DNA from: Thermodesulfobacteriota bacterium
GTDB lineage: Bacteria > Desulfobacterota > Binatia > Bin18
Assembly: GCA_964291405.2 (NCBI GenBank)
Contig: OZ219926.1
Location: 3,168,001-3,232,000 of the forward strand
Reading direction: 5' to 3'
DNA length: 64,000 nucleotides
The notes under the pieces are model-generated. The model had not been told where the DNA came from. It saw only the letters and a program-made list of their open reading frames with translations, and searched no databases. The translations under genes were made by a program, and so were the position numbers. Numbering within the stretch: the stretch's first letter is position 1; the number at the start of each line of letters is the position of its first letter. Shown piece after piece: positions 47,515 through 56,040 of this stretch.

Positions 47515-47772
47515 ATGGCAACAGGCAATCAGTTCGGTGGAGGCAGACGCTTCCTGTATCATTGGTTTCGGCGGGAGACGGTGAGGCGTGCCCTGAAGGT
47601 GGCCGGCATCGTGGGACCCATCCTGACCGTGATCAATCAGTACGATCTGCTTTGGAATCTCGACTTCTCTCCCCGATTGGGTTTCAAGATCGCCCTGACT
47701 TTCCTCGTCCCGTATAGTGTCTCGTCCTATTCTTCTGCCAGGGCTTATATGGACAAAGAGCGCTCCGGCTGA
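47515..47772 (+). CDS. Small membrane protein, NrtS-like family
   Basis: RALKVAGIVGPILTVINQ...KIALTFLVPYSVSSYS. Confidence 0.7.
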   Translation: MATGNQFGGGRRFLYHWFRRETVRRALKVAGIVGPILTVINQYDLLWNLDFSPRLGFKIALTFLVPYSVSSYSSARAYMDKERSG

Positions 47773-47832
47773 CACGAGCCGCTGATTCAGGGATAATGGT
47801 GTGTAGGAGCCCCGCTCAATAAGGAGGCTGCG

Positions 47833-48426
47833 ATGGCCCGATTTACTGGTGTGAATCACCTGGCGTTTGTCACTGGCGATATGGATAAGACGGTCCGTTT
47901 CTGGCGCGACCTGCTCGGCATGCGCTTGGTCGCCACGATTGGTGAACCAGGCTTCCGGCATTATTTCTTTGAGCTGTCCGAGACCGACACGGTGGCCTTT
48001 TTCGAATGGGCCGGAGCAGAGCCTGTCCCGCAAAAGCGGCACGGCGTTGCCTTCCGTGGTCCGATCGCCTTTGACCATGTCGCGTTTGGCGTTGAGTCTG
48101 CCGATGAGTTATGGGAGCTCAGAGACAAACTGATGGCCGCGGACTATGAGGTTTCAGGTCCGATAGATCATGGCTTTATCCATTCGATCTACGCCTTTGA
48201 CCCCAACGGGATTCCAGTTGAGTTCAGCTATAACGTCCCCGGTATCGACATCCGCCGGACGCCGGTCTTTGGCGACAGCCAGCCCGCCACCACAGCCCAG
48301 GAGGGATCGGAACCCCAACCCGACAAATGGCCCGCCGTTCTCCGACCCACTCTGCCCGAACACCGGACCATCAAGAAAGGGGCGGGGAGTACGCTGGGGG
48401 CATACCGGGAGAAAGCTGCGCGCTAG
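47833..48426 (+). CDS. VOC/glyoxalase family protein
   Basis: GVNHLAFVT.DM..TVRFW, FDHVAF, SIYAFDPNGIPVEF. Confidence 0.9.
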   Translation: MARFTGVNHLAFVTGDMDKTVRFWRDLLGMRLVATIGEPGFRHYFFELSETDTVAFFEWAGAEPVPQKRHGVAFRGPIAFDHVAFGVESADELWELRDKLMAADYEVSGPIDHGFIHSIYAFDPNGIPVEFSYNVPGIDIRRTPVFGDSQPATTAQEGSEPQPDKWPAVLRPTLPEHRTIKKGAGSTLGAYREKAAR

Positions 48427-48499
48427 GGCTCATCTTCCTGTTGCACACTGATGCCGGGGCAGTACGCCTACGGCTTGTGACTCGGAACGGAGAACTGCG

Positions 48500-49099
48500 C
48501 TAGAACGCGGCAAGGGGTGTTGTCAGCTCCTGCTCAGCCTGAGGGTTGACGATAGGGTCGGCGCTCAGGTCCACATCCTTAGCCGCCCGCATGGTGCCAA
48601 AGACCCAGTCCGCCACGACGTTCACCACGTTGAGATTCTGGTAGGGATAACGATGATGAATATAGTGATGGGTATGCACGAATCGAAACGCTTGGGTGCG
48701 TTCGACCCAGCGGTTGCGTGGGACGTGCATACAATAGTGAATGTATTCGTACAGGGCATAATCGAGGGCCAAGGCAAGGAGCCCACCAACACAGACGGAC
48801 CAGCCAAACGCCCAGCCCAGGCCGAGGAGGAGGGGCAGATGCAGCCCGATGAGCAGCGGCGCATTCCACCACGCAAAGGTGACCTTTTTGGGATCAACCC
48901 CAGGCTGGATATGGTATGTGGCGTCAGCCCGGAAGAGCCCGTGGTGGACGAGGGCGTGGGCCTGGAATGAGTAGGGTAAGGTCAGGGTGTGCATCAAATA
49001 CTTGTGCAGTGCCCATTCAAAAAAGCTGGAATACAGAACGAGTCCAATAAAGCCGATTGTGCCTTTTGCGAGTCCCCAGAGAAGCGGTTCCAGTGTCAA
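48500..49099 (-). CDS. Fatty acid hydroxylase/sterol desaturase family protein
   Basis: His boxes HKYLMH, HALVHH, HYCMH, HHYIHH; ADWVFGT; start uncertain. Confidence 0.85.
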   Translation of the reverse strand: MTLEPLLWGLAKGTIGFIGLVLYSSFFEWALHKYLMHTLTLPYSFQAHALVHHGLFRADATYHIQPGVDPKKVTFAWWNAPLLIGLHLPLLLGLGWAFGWSVCVGGLLALALDYALYEYIHYCMHVPRNRWVERTQAFRFVHTHHYIHHRYPYQNLNVVNVVADWVFGTMRAAKDVDLSADPIVNPQAEQELTTPLAAF

Positions 49100-49392
49100 T
49101 GTGTGCTACCTTTCCTGTGTTTCCCTCCCCCACCTCAGTTCTTCGTCTCGCGGACAGAGAAAGGACGCTCTGGGGATGCGGTATGAAATCCGTTTGTGCA
49201 CTCTATTTGATAAAGTCATGACTGTATAGAGAAAAGCGCCCTACCTGGCAATAGCCTCTTTGGTTGGAACCGGCCGTGCTGTCTGTCCCGATTCATGTCG
49301 GCAGCAGACCGATCATACTTGACGCTCGGGGAGAACTTGCCTAAAGGGTGGAAGCGCCTCAGACCGATTGCGCACAGCTGGGGGAGGGCCCT

Positions 49393-50523
49393 ATGTCCAC
49401 ACCTTCATCGATTCCTATGCAGGACTACTTTGTCGTTTCCGCAGACTGCCATGTGCTGGAGCCGCCCGACCTCTGGGAGAAGCGGATTGAGACCAAATTT
49501 CGTCACCGGATTCCACGTTTGACGGTCGATGCCAATGGGCGGAAATGGCTAGTCGTTGAGGGACAGGAGAAAAAGCGTATCCGGGACTTCACCCTGAGCG
49601 GAGAAGATTTAGAGCGGGCCAAGGGTGGGACTTTTGACCTTGCGCGGCGTCAGCAGGATTTGGCTCGGGACGGGATTGACGCCGAAGTCATTTACCCCAA
49701 CCGTGGGCTGCTGATGTGGACATCACCTGACCCGGCCATGCAAACCGCCATGTGCCGGGTGTGGAATGACTGGGCTATTGAGGTCTTCAGCCTAGCGCAA
49801 AAAATATCCATCCCCACCGCCGCCATTGCGCCGCAAGATGTGGACGCCGCGGTGAAGGAGGTCCAGCGCGTCGCCGAGTTAGGCTATAAAACCGTTTTCC
49901 TGCCAGTCACCGTTCCAGACCAGCCCTATAATCTCCCGCTGTACGACCCGCTGTGGGCAGCTATTCAAGAAACCGGGATGCCGATGAGCTTCCACGTGGG
50001 AACGGGCAAAGACCCACGGACCGCCTCAGGCAATGGCGGGGCGATTATCAATTATGTTGTCCATGCCTTATCGACGGCGATTGATCCGGTTGTCCACCTG
50101 TGTGCGTCCGGGGTGCTGGAGCGTTTTCCCGCGCTCAAGTTTGTGACCGTTGAGGCCGGGATTGGCTGGCTGGCCTGGACACTCTGGGTCATGGACGAAG
50201 GCTTTCACAAACACCACTTCTGGATTGCCCCCAAGCTGTCGATGCCGCCGAGTGAATATTTTCGCCGTCAAGGCTATGCGACCTTTCAGGACGACCCGGT
50301 TGGCCTGGAGACGCGTAAATGGATCGGTATTGATCGGCTCTTGTGGGGGGATGATTATCCGCATCACGAAGGAACCTGGCCGCGTTCACAGGAAGCCATC
50401 GACCGGACTATGGGCGATCTCACCGAGTCCGAACGACGTCGAGTCCTGGGGCTCAATGCGGCCCAACTGTACGGTTTTGAGCTACCCGTGGTTCAGCCCG
50501 ACGTCGAGGAGAGTCGGGTATGA
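49393..50523 (+). CDS. Amidohydrolase_2 family protein
   Basis: VSADCHVLEPPDLW, SFHVGT, GVLERFP.LK...VEAGIGW, WGDDYPHHEGTWP. Confidence 0.9.
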   Translation: MSTPSSIPMQDYFVVSADCHVLEPPDLWEKRIETKFRHRIPRLTVDANGRKWLVVEGQEKKRIRDFTLSGEDLERAKGGTFDLARRQQDLARDGIDAEVIYPNRGLLMWTSPDPAMQTAMCRVWNDWAIEVFSLAQKISIPTAAIAPQDVDAAVKEVQRVAELGYKTVFLPVTVPDQPYNLPLYDPLWAAIQETGMPMSFHVGTGKDPRTASGNGGAIINYVVHALSTAIDPVVHLCASGVLERFPALKFVTVEAGIGWLAWTLWVMDEGFHKHHFWIAPKLSMPPSEYFRRQGYATFQDDPVGLETRKWIGIDRLLWGDDYPHHEGTWPRSQEAIDRTMGDLTESERRRVLGLNAAQLYGFELPVVQPDVEESRV

Positions 50524-50855
50524 GCGCCGAACGACCCGAGACGTTGCGCCTGGACTGGGGGGAGACCGAGAAAGCGCCCGCAGACCGGAAGCGCTGGCTG
50601 GGCGCGTGGTTGGTCAGTCAGGAGGGGGAAGAAGGCGACTATTTTTACGATGGTCCCGGCGGGCAGCAAACGACGCATTGCGTGCCGCCCGAAGCCATCG
50701 GCTTTCGCCTGCGCTGGTACCCGAGTGAGAATGAGGTCAGCGTCAACCTTGAACTCGGCCCTATGGCCAGTGTGGTCGATGACTACCTCTTTGCCGAGCA
50801 GGCAGGCCCAGAGCTGACGCTTGCCGTACTGGAGCTATTGCCCGAACAGCGCTGA
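50520..50855 (+). CDS. Hypothetical acidic protein
   Basis: ATGA overlap with the upstream gene; 111 aa; no motif recognised. Confidence 0.6.
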   Translation: MSAERPETLRLDWGETEKAPADRKRWLGAWLVSQEGEEGDYFYDGPGGQQTTHCVPPEAIGFRLRWYPSENEVSVNLELGPMASVVDDYLFAEQAGPELTLAVLELLPEQR

Positions 50856-50974
50856 CACGCCATGTCTCTCTGGCTGTTCTACCAGGCACGCCGGGAATGT
50901 GGTGTGAGTGCCAGCGGGTTCCGATGTGGATGCCCCTGGTTGGCGAAGAGAGGGCTGGAAATTCACGGAGGGGA

Positions 50975-51940
50975 ATGATGCCGAGTAGGCCGAAGTTTGG
51001 AGAGCTACCGCACGTTGGAGAGACGCAAGAGCGTCACGCCTGGGAGGTCTTTGGGCCGGAAGACCAACTGGGCTCCGTGAATTTACTGACCCCAGAAAAA
51101 GTCAAGCAGGCGGCAGGACTGATTCGGACTGGCCAGGTGTTCAACCTTAGCCTGCCGTTGAATTTCCCTATCACGCTGTACGGCGGATTTCGGAGCAAGG
51201 GCTATCGACACCATATTGAAGTCGGTCGAGGCGGTCGTGACGACTATGTTGATAATTTTGCGATGCAGGGCTCAAGCCAGTGGGACAGCCTGCGTCACAT
51301 TCGCTTTCGTGAGTATGGCTATTACGGCGGCCGGCAGGACGGCGACCTGGACGAAAAGGGTGAACTCGGTATTGAGCACTGGGCTCAGCACGGCATAGTC
51401 GGACGCGGTGTTGTACTGGACGGCGCACGCTATATGGAACAGCAGCAGACGCCGCTTGACATGACGAAAAAGTTCGAGATGGATGGAGCCTTTCTCGAAC
51501 AAGTTGCGCGTGAGCAAAAGGTGCAACTTGAACCGGGCGATATCCTGATCCTGCGAACCGGTTGGCTGGAGTGGTATAAAAGCTTGGATGAAAGAGGGCG
51601 GGAGACGTTGCGAGACACTCTGGGAGTTGGCGAAGCGCCGCATGCCTGTCCGGGTCTGGCCGCCTCGCAAGAGACCGCCGCTTGGCTCTGGGATCGACAG
51701 ATTGCCGCCATTGCCGCAGATAACGTTGCGGTAGAAGCCTTGCCAGTAGACCCGGCAGTTGGCTTTCAGCATCGTCGGCTCATTGCCCTGCAAGGCATGC
51801 CCCTTGGAGAGCTGTTGGATGTGGAGGAACTGGCTCGGGCCTGCGCGCAGGACGGCAGCTATGAGTGTATGCTGGTTGCGATTCCGCTCAATCTGCCCGG
51901 TGGGGTTGGCTCCCCGGCAAATGCCTATGCCATAAAATAA
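50975..51940 (+). CDS. Cyclase family protein (kynurenine formamidase-like)
   Basis: DQLGSVNLLT, QGSSQWDSLRH, GIVGRGVVLD, GDILILRTGW, GGVGSPANAYAI. Confidence 0.88.
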   Translation: MMPSRPKFGELPHVGETQERHAWEVFGPEDQLGSVNLLTPEKVKQAAGLIRTGQVFNLSLPLNFPITLYGGFRSKGYRHHIEVGRGGRDDYVDNFAMQGSSQWDSLRHIRFREYGYYGGRQDGDLDEKGELGIEHWAQHGIVGRGVVLDGARYMEQQQTPLDMTKKFEMDGAFLEQVAREQKVQLEPGDILILRTGWLEWYKSLDERGRETLRDTLGVGEAPHACPGLAASQETAAWLWDRQIAAIAADNVAVEALPVDPAVGFQHRRLIALQGMPLGELLDVEELARACAQDGSYECMLVAIPLNLPGGVGSPANAYAIK

Positions 51941-51980
51941 AAGCCGACCGGCGCGGTCGCCCGGAGAGGACTGTGACGAC

Positions 51981-52697
51981 GTGAATCGGACGCTCTGCCC
52001 CTGCGCCCCTACGACCTTCCTGCTCTCCCTTGTCTACATTGACTTGCTCGCTATCTTGCTTGCTCTCGGTCTTGGCTTTGCCTGGCACCAAAATCCTACT
52101 GCGTATACTGGTGAAGGCGACCCGATCACGTGGCTGTCGTTTGCGCATCTTCTCGTGACCAGTGGCGTTGCTGGTAGCGTATTCTACTGTCGGACGGGCG
52201 GCAGTCTAGACCCGGCGGTGTGGCGTCAGCCGGCTTTTGTCTGGCTGCTGATTGCTCTTGGATTTCTTTTCCTGGCAGTAGACGAAGTCGCCAAGATCCA
52301 TGAATCCCTGGACCGTTTCGCGCACCGGCTCTTGCAACGCCCGGAGACCGCTCTGTCTGACCGGCTCGATGACGCGATTCTACTGGGATATGGGTTGAGC
52401 GGTGTGGCCGTCCTGTATATCTACCGCTCCGAGCTGATCTCTTATCGAACGGTTCTCCCCCTGGTGATGTGTGGATTTGTCCTGTTCCTCTTTATGGGGC
52501 TGCTTGATGCCCTGGTGAATCGTCCCGATGTTTTTCTCTTCATGGGCATCAGTCAGGAGGGAAGTGCTGACCTGGGAAAATGGCTCGGCGGTGTTGAGGA
52601 AGGCTTGAAAATTCTGGCTGAAGCGGCCTTCCTTGGCGCGGCCTACACCTGTCTCTTCCTGACAGCAGAGGCCGATTGCGGAAGGGATCGCGATTGA
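51981..52697 (+). CDS. Hypothetical multi-pass membrane protein
   Basis: About 6 TM segments; FLAVDE...IHE and EE..K motifs. Confidence 0.7.
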   Translation: MNRTLCPCAPTTFLLSLVYIDLLAILLALGLGFAWHQNPTAYTGEGDPITWLSFAHLLVTSGVAGSVFYCRTGGSLDPAVWRQPAFVWLLIALGFLFLAVDEVAKIHESLDRFAHRLLQRPETALSDRLDDAILLGYGLSGVAVLYIYRSELISYRTVLPLVMCGFVLFLFMGLLDALVNRPDVFLFMGISQEGSADLGKWLGGVEEGLKILAEAAFLGAAYTCLFLTAEADCGRDRD

Positions 52698-52723
52698 CAA
52701 AACCAGCCTTCCCAGAGTAGCTT
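52694..52723 (+). promoter_or_regulatory. Putative sigma70 promoter of xoxF
   Basis: TTGACA (52694-52699), 18 bp spacer, TAGCTT (52718-52723). Confidence 0.45.
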
Positions 52724-52834
52724 TCTCTTGATGGGAAGGGCTCACGACCCCGCTCTCTCGGCAGAGCGAGAGGGGGTGCCCCGGAGAGTGAGTATGCGTT
52801 TCAGATTCCTGAAGAGTAGGCAAAGGAGGGCATT

Positions 52835-54658
52835 ATGAAGACTCGATTTCTCAGAGGGCTTGCTGTTGGGGGGCAGACGATGCTGCTCGTTGCCGGATTG
52901 TTATTCTTGCCGCCTTTTTCTCAACTCGGGCAAGCCTCGCAGGAACTGCTCGACATGCAGCAAAACCACGGCCAGTGGGTGACGACCGGCCGGGACTACG
53001 CCCTCACCCGCTATAGCAGCCTGGACCAGATTTCCATCCAGAATGTCAAAGACCTGAAAGTCGCCTGGACATTTTCGACTGGCGTCCTGCGTGGACACGA
53101 AGGCGCGCCGCTGGTTGTTGGCAACACCATGTATCTTGTGACCCCCTTTCCCAATATCGTGTATGCCCTCGATCTGGCGGACCCAAATCATGGCATTAAG
53201 TGGAAATATGCGCCTGTCCAAAGCGAGGACGCCATTCCGATCGCCTGCTGTGATGTGGTGAATCGGGGCGCAGCCTACGCCGCGGGCAAGATATTTTTCA
53301 ATCAACTCGACGCGCACACGGTCGCCCTTGATGCCGAGACTGGGAAAGAGCTGTGGAAGGTCAAGCAGGGCGACATTAAACAGGGCCAGACCATTACCAT
53401 GGTGCCGCTGGTCGTACGCGACAAAGTCATTACTGGCATAAGCGGAGGTGAGTTTGGTGTGCGCGGGTTTGTCACCGCCAATCACGTCGACACGGGTGAG
53501 CAGGTCTGGCGCGCGTACAGCACCGGACCGGATTCCGAGGTGTTGATTGGTGAAGGTTTTTCCTCCCCGTATGACTCGCACCAAGGCAAGGATCTGGGGG
53601 TCACAACCTGGAAAGGCGAAGAGTGGAAGCGGGGCGGGGGTACGACCTGGGGCTGGTATAGCTACGACCCCGAACTTGACCTGTTCTACTATGGAACCGG
53701 GAATCCGGGTGCCTGGAATCCAGATCAGCGACCGGGTGACAATAAGTGGTCCATGACGCTGTTTGCCCGGAATCCGGATACGGGCCAGGCCAAGTGGGCG
53801 TATCAAATGACCCCACACGACGCCTGGGATTATGACGGTATCAACGAAAGCGTCTTGATTGACCTGCCGGCCAATGGAGATGGCAAAGCCCAGAAAGTCC
53901 TGGTCCACTTCGACCGCAACGGCTTTGCCTACAAGGTCGACCGGACATCCGGCAAGGTCCTGGCGGCGGATAAATTTGGCGAAGTGAACTGGGCCAAAGA
54001 GATTAACCTCGAAACCGGCCGGCCCGTCGAAAACCCGGACAAGCGGACCAAAGAAGGGGTGAATACGGAAGGTATCTGCCCTGGTGCCATGGGCACCAAG
54101 GACCAACAGCCTGTGTCCTATTCACCGAGAACCAAGCTTTTTTATGTGCCTACCAACCATCTATGTATGGATTACGAGGGGATGAAAGTCCGCTATATTG
54201 CCGGCGTGCCCTACGTCGGCGCTATTGTAAAAATGTTCCCTGGACCTGGTGGGCACCGAGGGGAATTCATTGCCTGGGATCCGGTTGCCGGTGAAAAAAA
54301 ATGGGGCATTAAGGAAAAATGGTCAGCCTGGAGCGGGGCGCTTTCGACCGGCGGTGATGTGGTGTTTTACGGGACCATGGACGGCTGGTTCAAAGCGGTC
54401 CACGCCTCGACTGGCGAAGAACTGTGGAAGTTCAAAGCCGGCTCGGGCATTATCGGCGCGCCCATGACCTATCTTGGACCGGATGGCAAGCAGTACGTGG
54501 CGATCATGTCCGGGATCGGTGGCTGGTCCGGCCTGGTTGTCGCCGGTGACCTGTCAACGGACGATCCCACCGCGGCCCTTGGGGCGGTAGGCGCTTTTGC
54601 CGATCTGGGAAAAGACACGAATAAAGGCGGGATGTTATACGTCTTTGCGCTCGAGTAA
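52835..54658 (+). CDS. xoxF: Lanthanide-dependent PQQ methanol dehydrogenase
   Basis: Signal peptide, LRGHEG.PL, ACCDVVNRG, GGEFGVRG, GNPG.WN, WDYDGINE with the extra lanthanide-binding Asp. Confidence 0.95.
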   Translation: MKTRFLRGLAVGGQTMLLVAGLLFLPPFSQLGQASQELLDMQQNHGQWVTTGRDYALTRYSSLDQISIQNVKDLKVAWTFSTGVLRGHEGAPLVVGNTMYLVTPFPNIVYALDLADPNHGIKWKYAPVQSEDAIPIACCDVVNRGAAYAAGKIFFNQLDAHTVALDAETGKELWKVKQGDIKQGQTITMVPLVVRDKVITGISGGEFGVRGFVTANHVDTGEQVWRAYSTGPDSEVLIGEGFSSPYDSHQGKDLGVTTWKGEEWKRGGGTTWGWYSYDPELDLFYYGTGNPGAWNPDQRPGDNKWSMTLFARNPDTGQAKWAYQMTPHDAWDYDGINESVLIDLPANGDGKAQKVLVHFDRNGFAYKVDRTSGKVLAADKFGEVNWAKEINLETGRPVENPDKRTKEGVNTEGICPGAMGTKDQQPVSYSPRTKLFYVPTNHLCMDYEGMKVRYIAGVPYVGAIVKMFPGPGGHRGEFIAWDPVAGEKKWGIKEKWSAWSGALSTGGDVVFYGTMDGWFKAVHASTGEELWKFKAGSGIIGAPMTYLGPDGKQYVAIMSGIGGWSGLVVAGDLSTDDPTAALGAVGAFADLGKDTNKGGMLYVFALE

Positions 54659-54690
54659 ATGAGCGCTCTCGACCCGCTGTAAAGCCTCTT

Positions 54691-55974
54691 ATGCTCAACC
54701 AAACTGAGGGGGGACGACGAGCAGCCCCCCACGCTTCTACCTGTCTCACCCTCCTCCTGCTCCTGTCTGCCTCGCTCTTCTCATCTGTCGCCTGGTCCAC
54801 TGAGACCGCGGAGGCGACCAAACCGTTTCGTGTCTGTGCAGACCCCAATAATCTGCCGTTCTCCAATCAGCAGCAAGAAGGATTCGAGAATAAAATCGCC
54901 GAAGTCCTGGCCCGTGGGCTGGGCCAGGCAGTCGCCTATACATGGTGGCCCCAGCGGCGGGGTTTCCTGCGCAGTACGCTCAACGCTGGCAAGTGCGATG
55001 TGGTCATGGGTCTGCCGGCCGACATCGATATGGTCTTAACGACGCAGCCGTATTACCGTTCGATCTACGCTTTTGTCTATCCCGCAGATGCACCATATAA
55101 TCTGTCCTCCTTTGATGACCCTATCCTCAAAGAATTGAAAGTCGGTGTGCACCTGATCGGTGATGACTATACCAACAGCCCGCCAGCCCATGCGCTGAGC
55201 AGGCGAGGGATTGTGGATAATGTGGTCGGCTACAGCGTCTTTGGCAATTATGCTGACCCCAATCCACCGGGAAAAATCATTGAGGCCGTGGCTAACAAAG
55301 AGATCGATGCGGCGATTGTGTGGGGGCCGATTGGCGGCTATTTCGCTCAACAGCAAGCCGTCCCGCTGAGGGTGGTGCCCGTGTCGTCCGAGGACGAGTC
55401 ACCCTCCCTCCTCCTTGCCTATGATATTGCGCTCGGCGTCCGCAAAAGCGACGAGGCGCTGAAAAACACGCTCAATGACCTGTTGACGCAGCACGCAGCA
55501 GAAATCCAGCAGATCTTGGTCGACTACGGTATTCCCGGTATTGCCTCCCACCCGACCGGGTCTCCCGATCCTCAACAGGACACGGGAGCGTCCGACCCAC
55601 AAGCGTCCCAAGCTTCCGACGAGCAGCCGACTGCGTCTCGTGGTGAGGCTGGACAAGCAGCGGCCAACGGACTGGCAAAGCTCAATCCGTATACGGACAA
55701 TCCAGCGGCGATCATCGAGGGCGAAGAACTCTACAAACTCCTGAACTGCTATAGTTGCCACGGCTTACGGGGTGGGGGAGGAATGGGTCCCGACTTAACG
55801 GATGAGGAATGGAAGGAAGGCACGGGTGATGACACCCGAGTGATGGATCAGGTCATGACCGGGCGCAATAAGATGCCCGGTTACGACGGGGTGATCACTG
55901 AGGAGGAAGCCTGGAAAGTCATCGCCTATGTCCGCACCCTGTATAAGGGAGACCCATCGACCATCGAGTGGTAA
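54691..55974 (+). CDS. XoxJ/MxaJ-like periplasmic binding protein fused to a c-type cytochrome (XoxG-like)
   Basis: RVCADPNNLPFSN...GFENKIA, RRGFLRSTL...CD, AIVWGP; low-complexity linker; NPY...CYSCHG..GGGMGPDL. Confidence 0.9.
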   Translation: MLNQTEGGRRAAPHASTCLTLLLLLSASLFSSVAWSTETAEATKPFRVCADPNNLPFSNQQQEGFENKIAEVLARGLGQAVAYTWWPQRRGFLRSTLNAGKCDVVMGLPADIDMVLTTQPYYRSIYAFVYPADAPYNLSSFDDPILKELKVGVHLIGDDYTNSPPAHALSRRGIVDNVVGYSVFGNYADPNPPGKIIEAVANKEIDAAIVWGPIGGYFAQQQAVPLRVVPVSSEDESPSLLLAYDIALGVRKSDEALKNTLNDLLTQHAAEIQQILVDYGIPGIASHPTGSPDPQQDTGASDPQASQASDEQPTASRGEAGQAAANGLAKLNPYTDNPAAIIEGEELYKLLNCYSCHGLRGGGGMGPDLTDEEWKEGTGDDTRVMDQVMTGRNKMPGYDGVITEEEAWKVIAYVRTLYKGDPSTIEW

Positions 55975-56040
55975 GGGAGGCTGAGGTTTCGTAAGTCTCC
56001 CAGGATCAATCAAAGGAAGACGGGGACAGGGAGCCTGCCT

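Noticed and set aside
52835-54658. Calcium-dependent MxaF
   Set aside because: WDYDG carries the extra Asp and there is no mxaI
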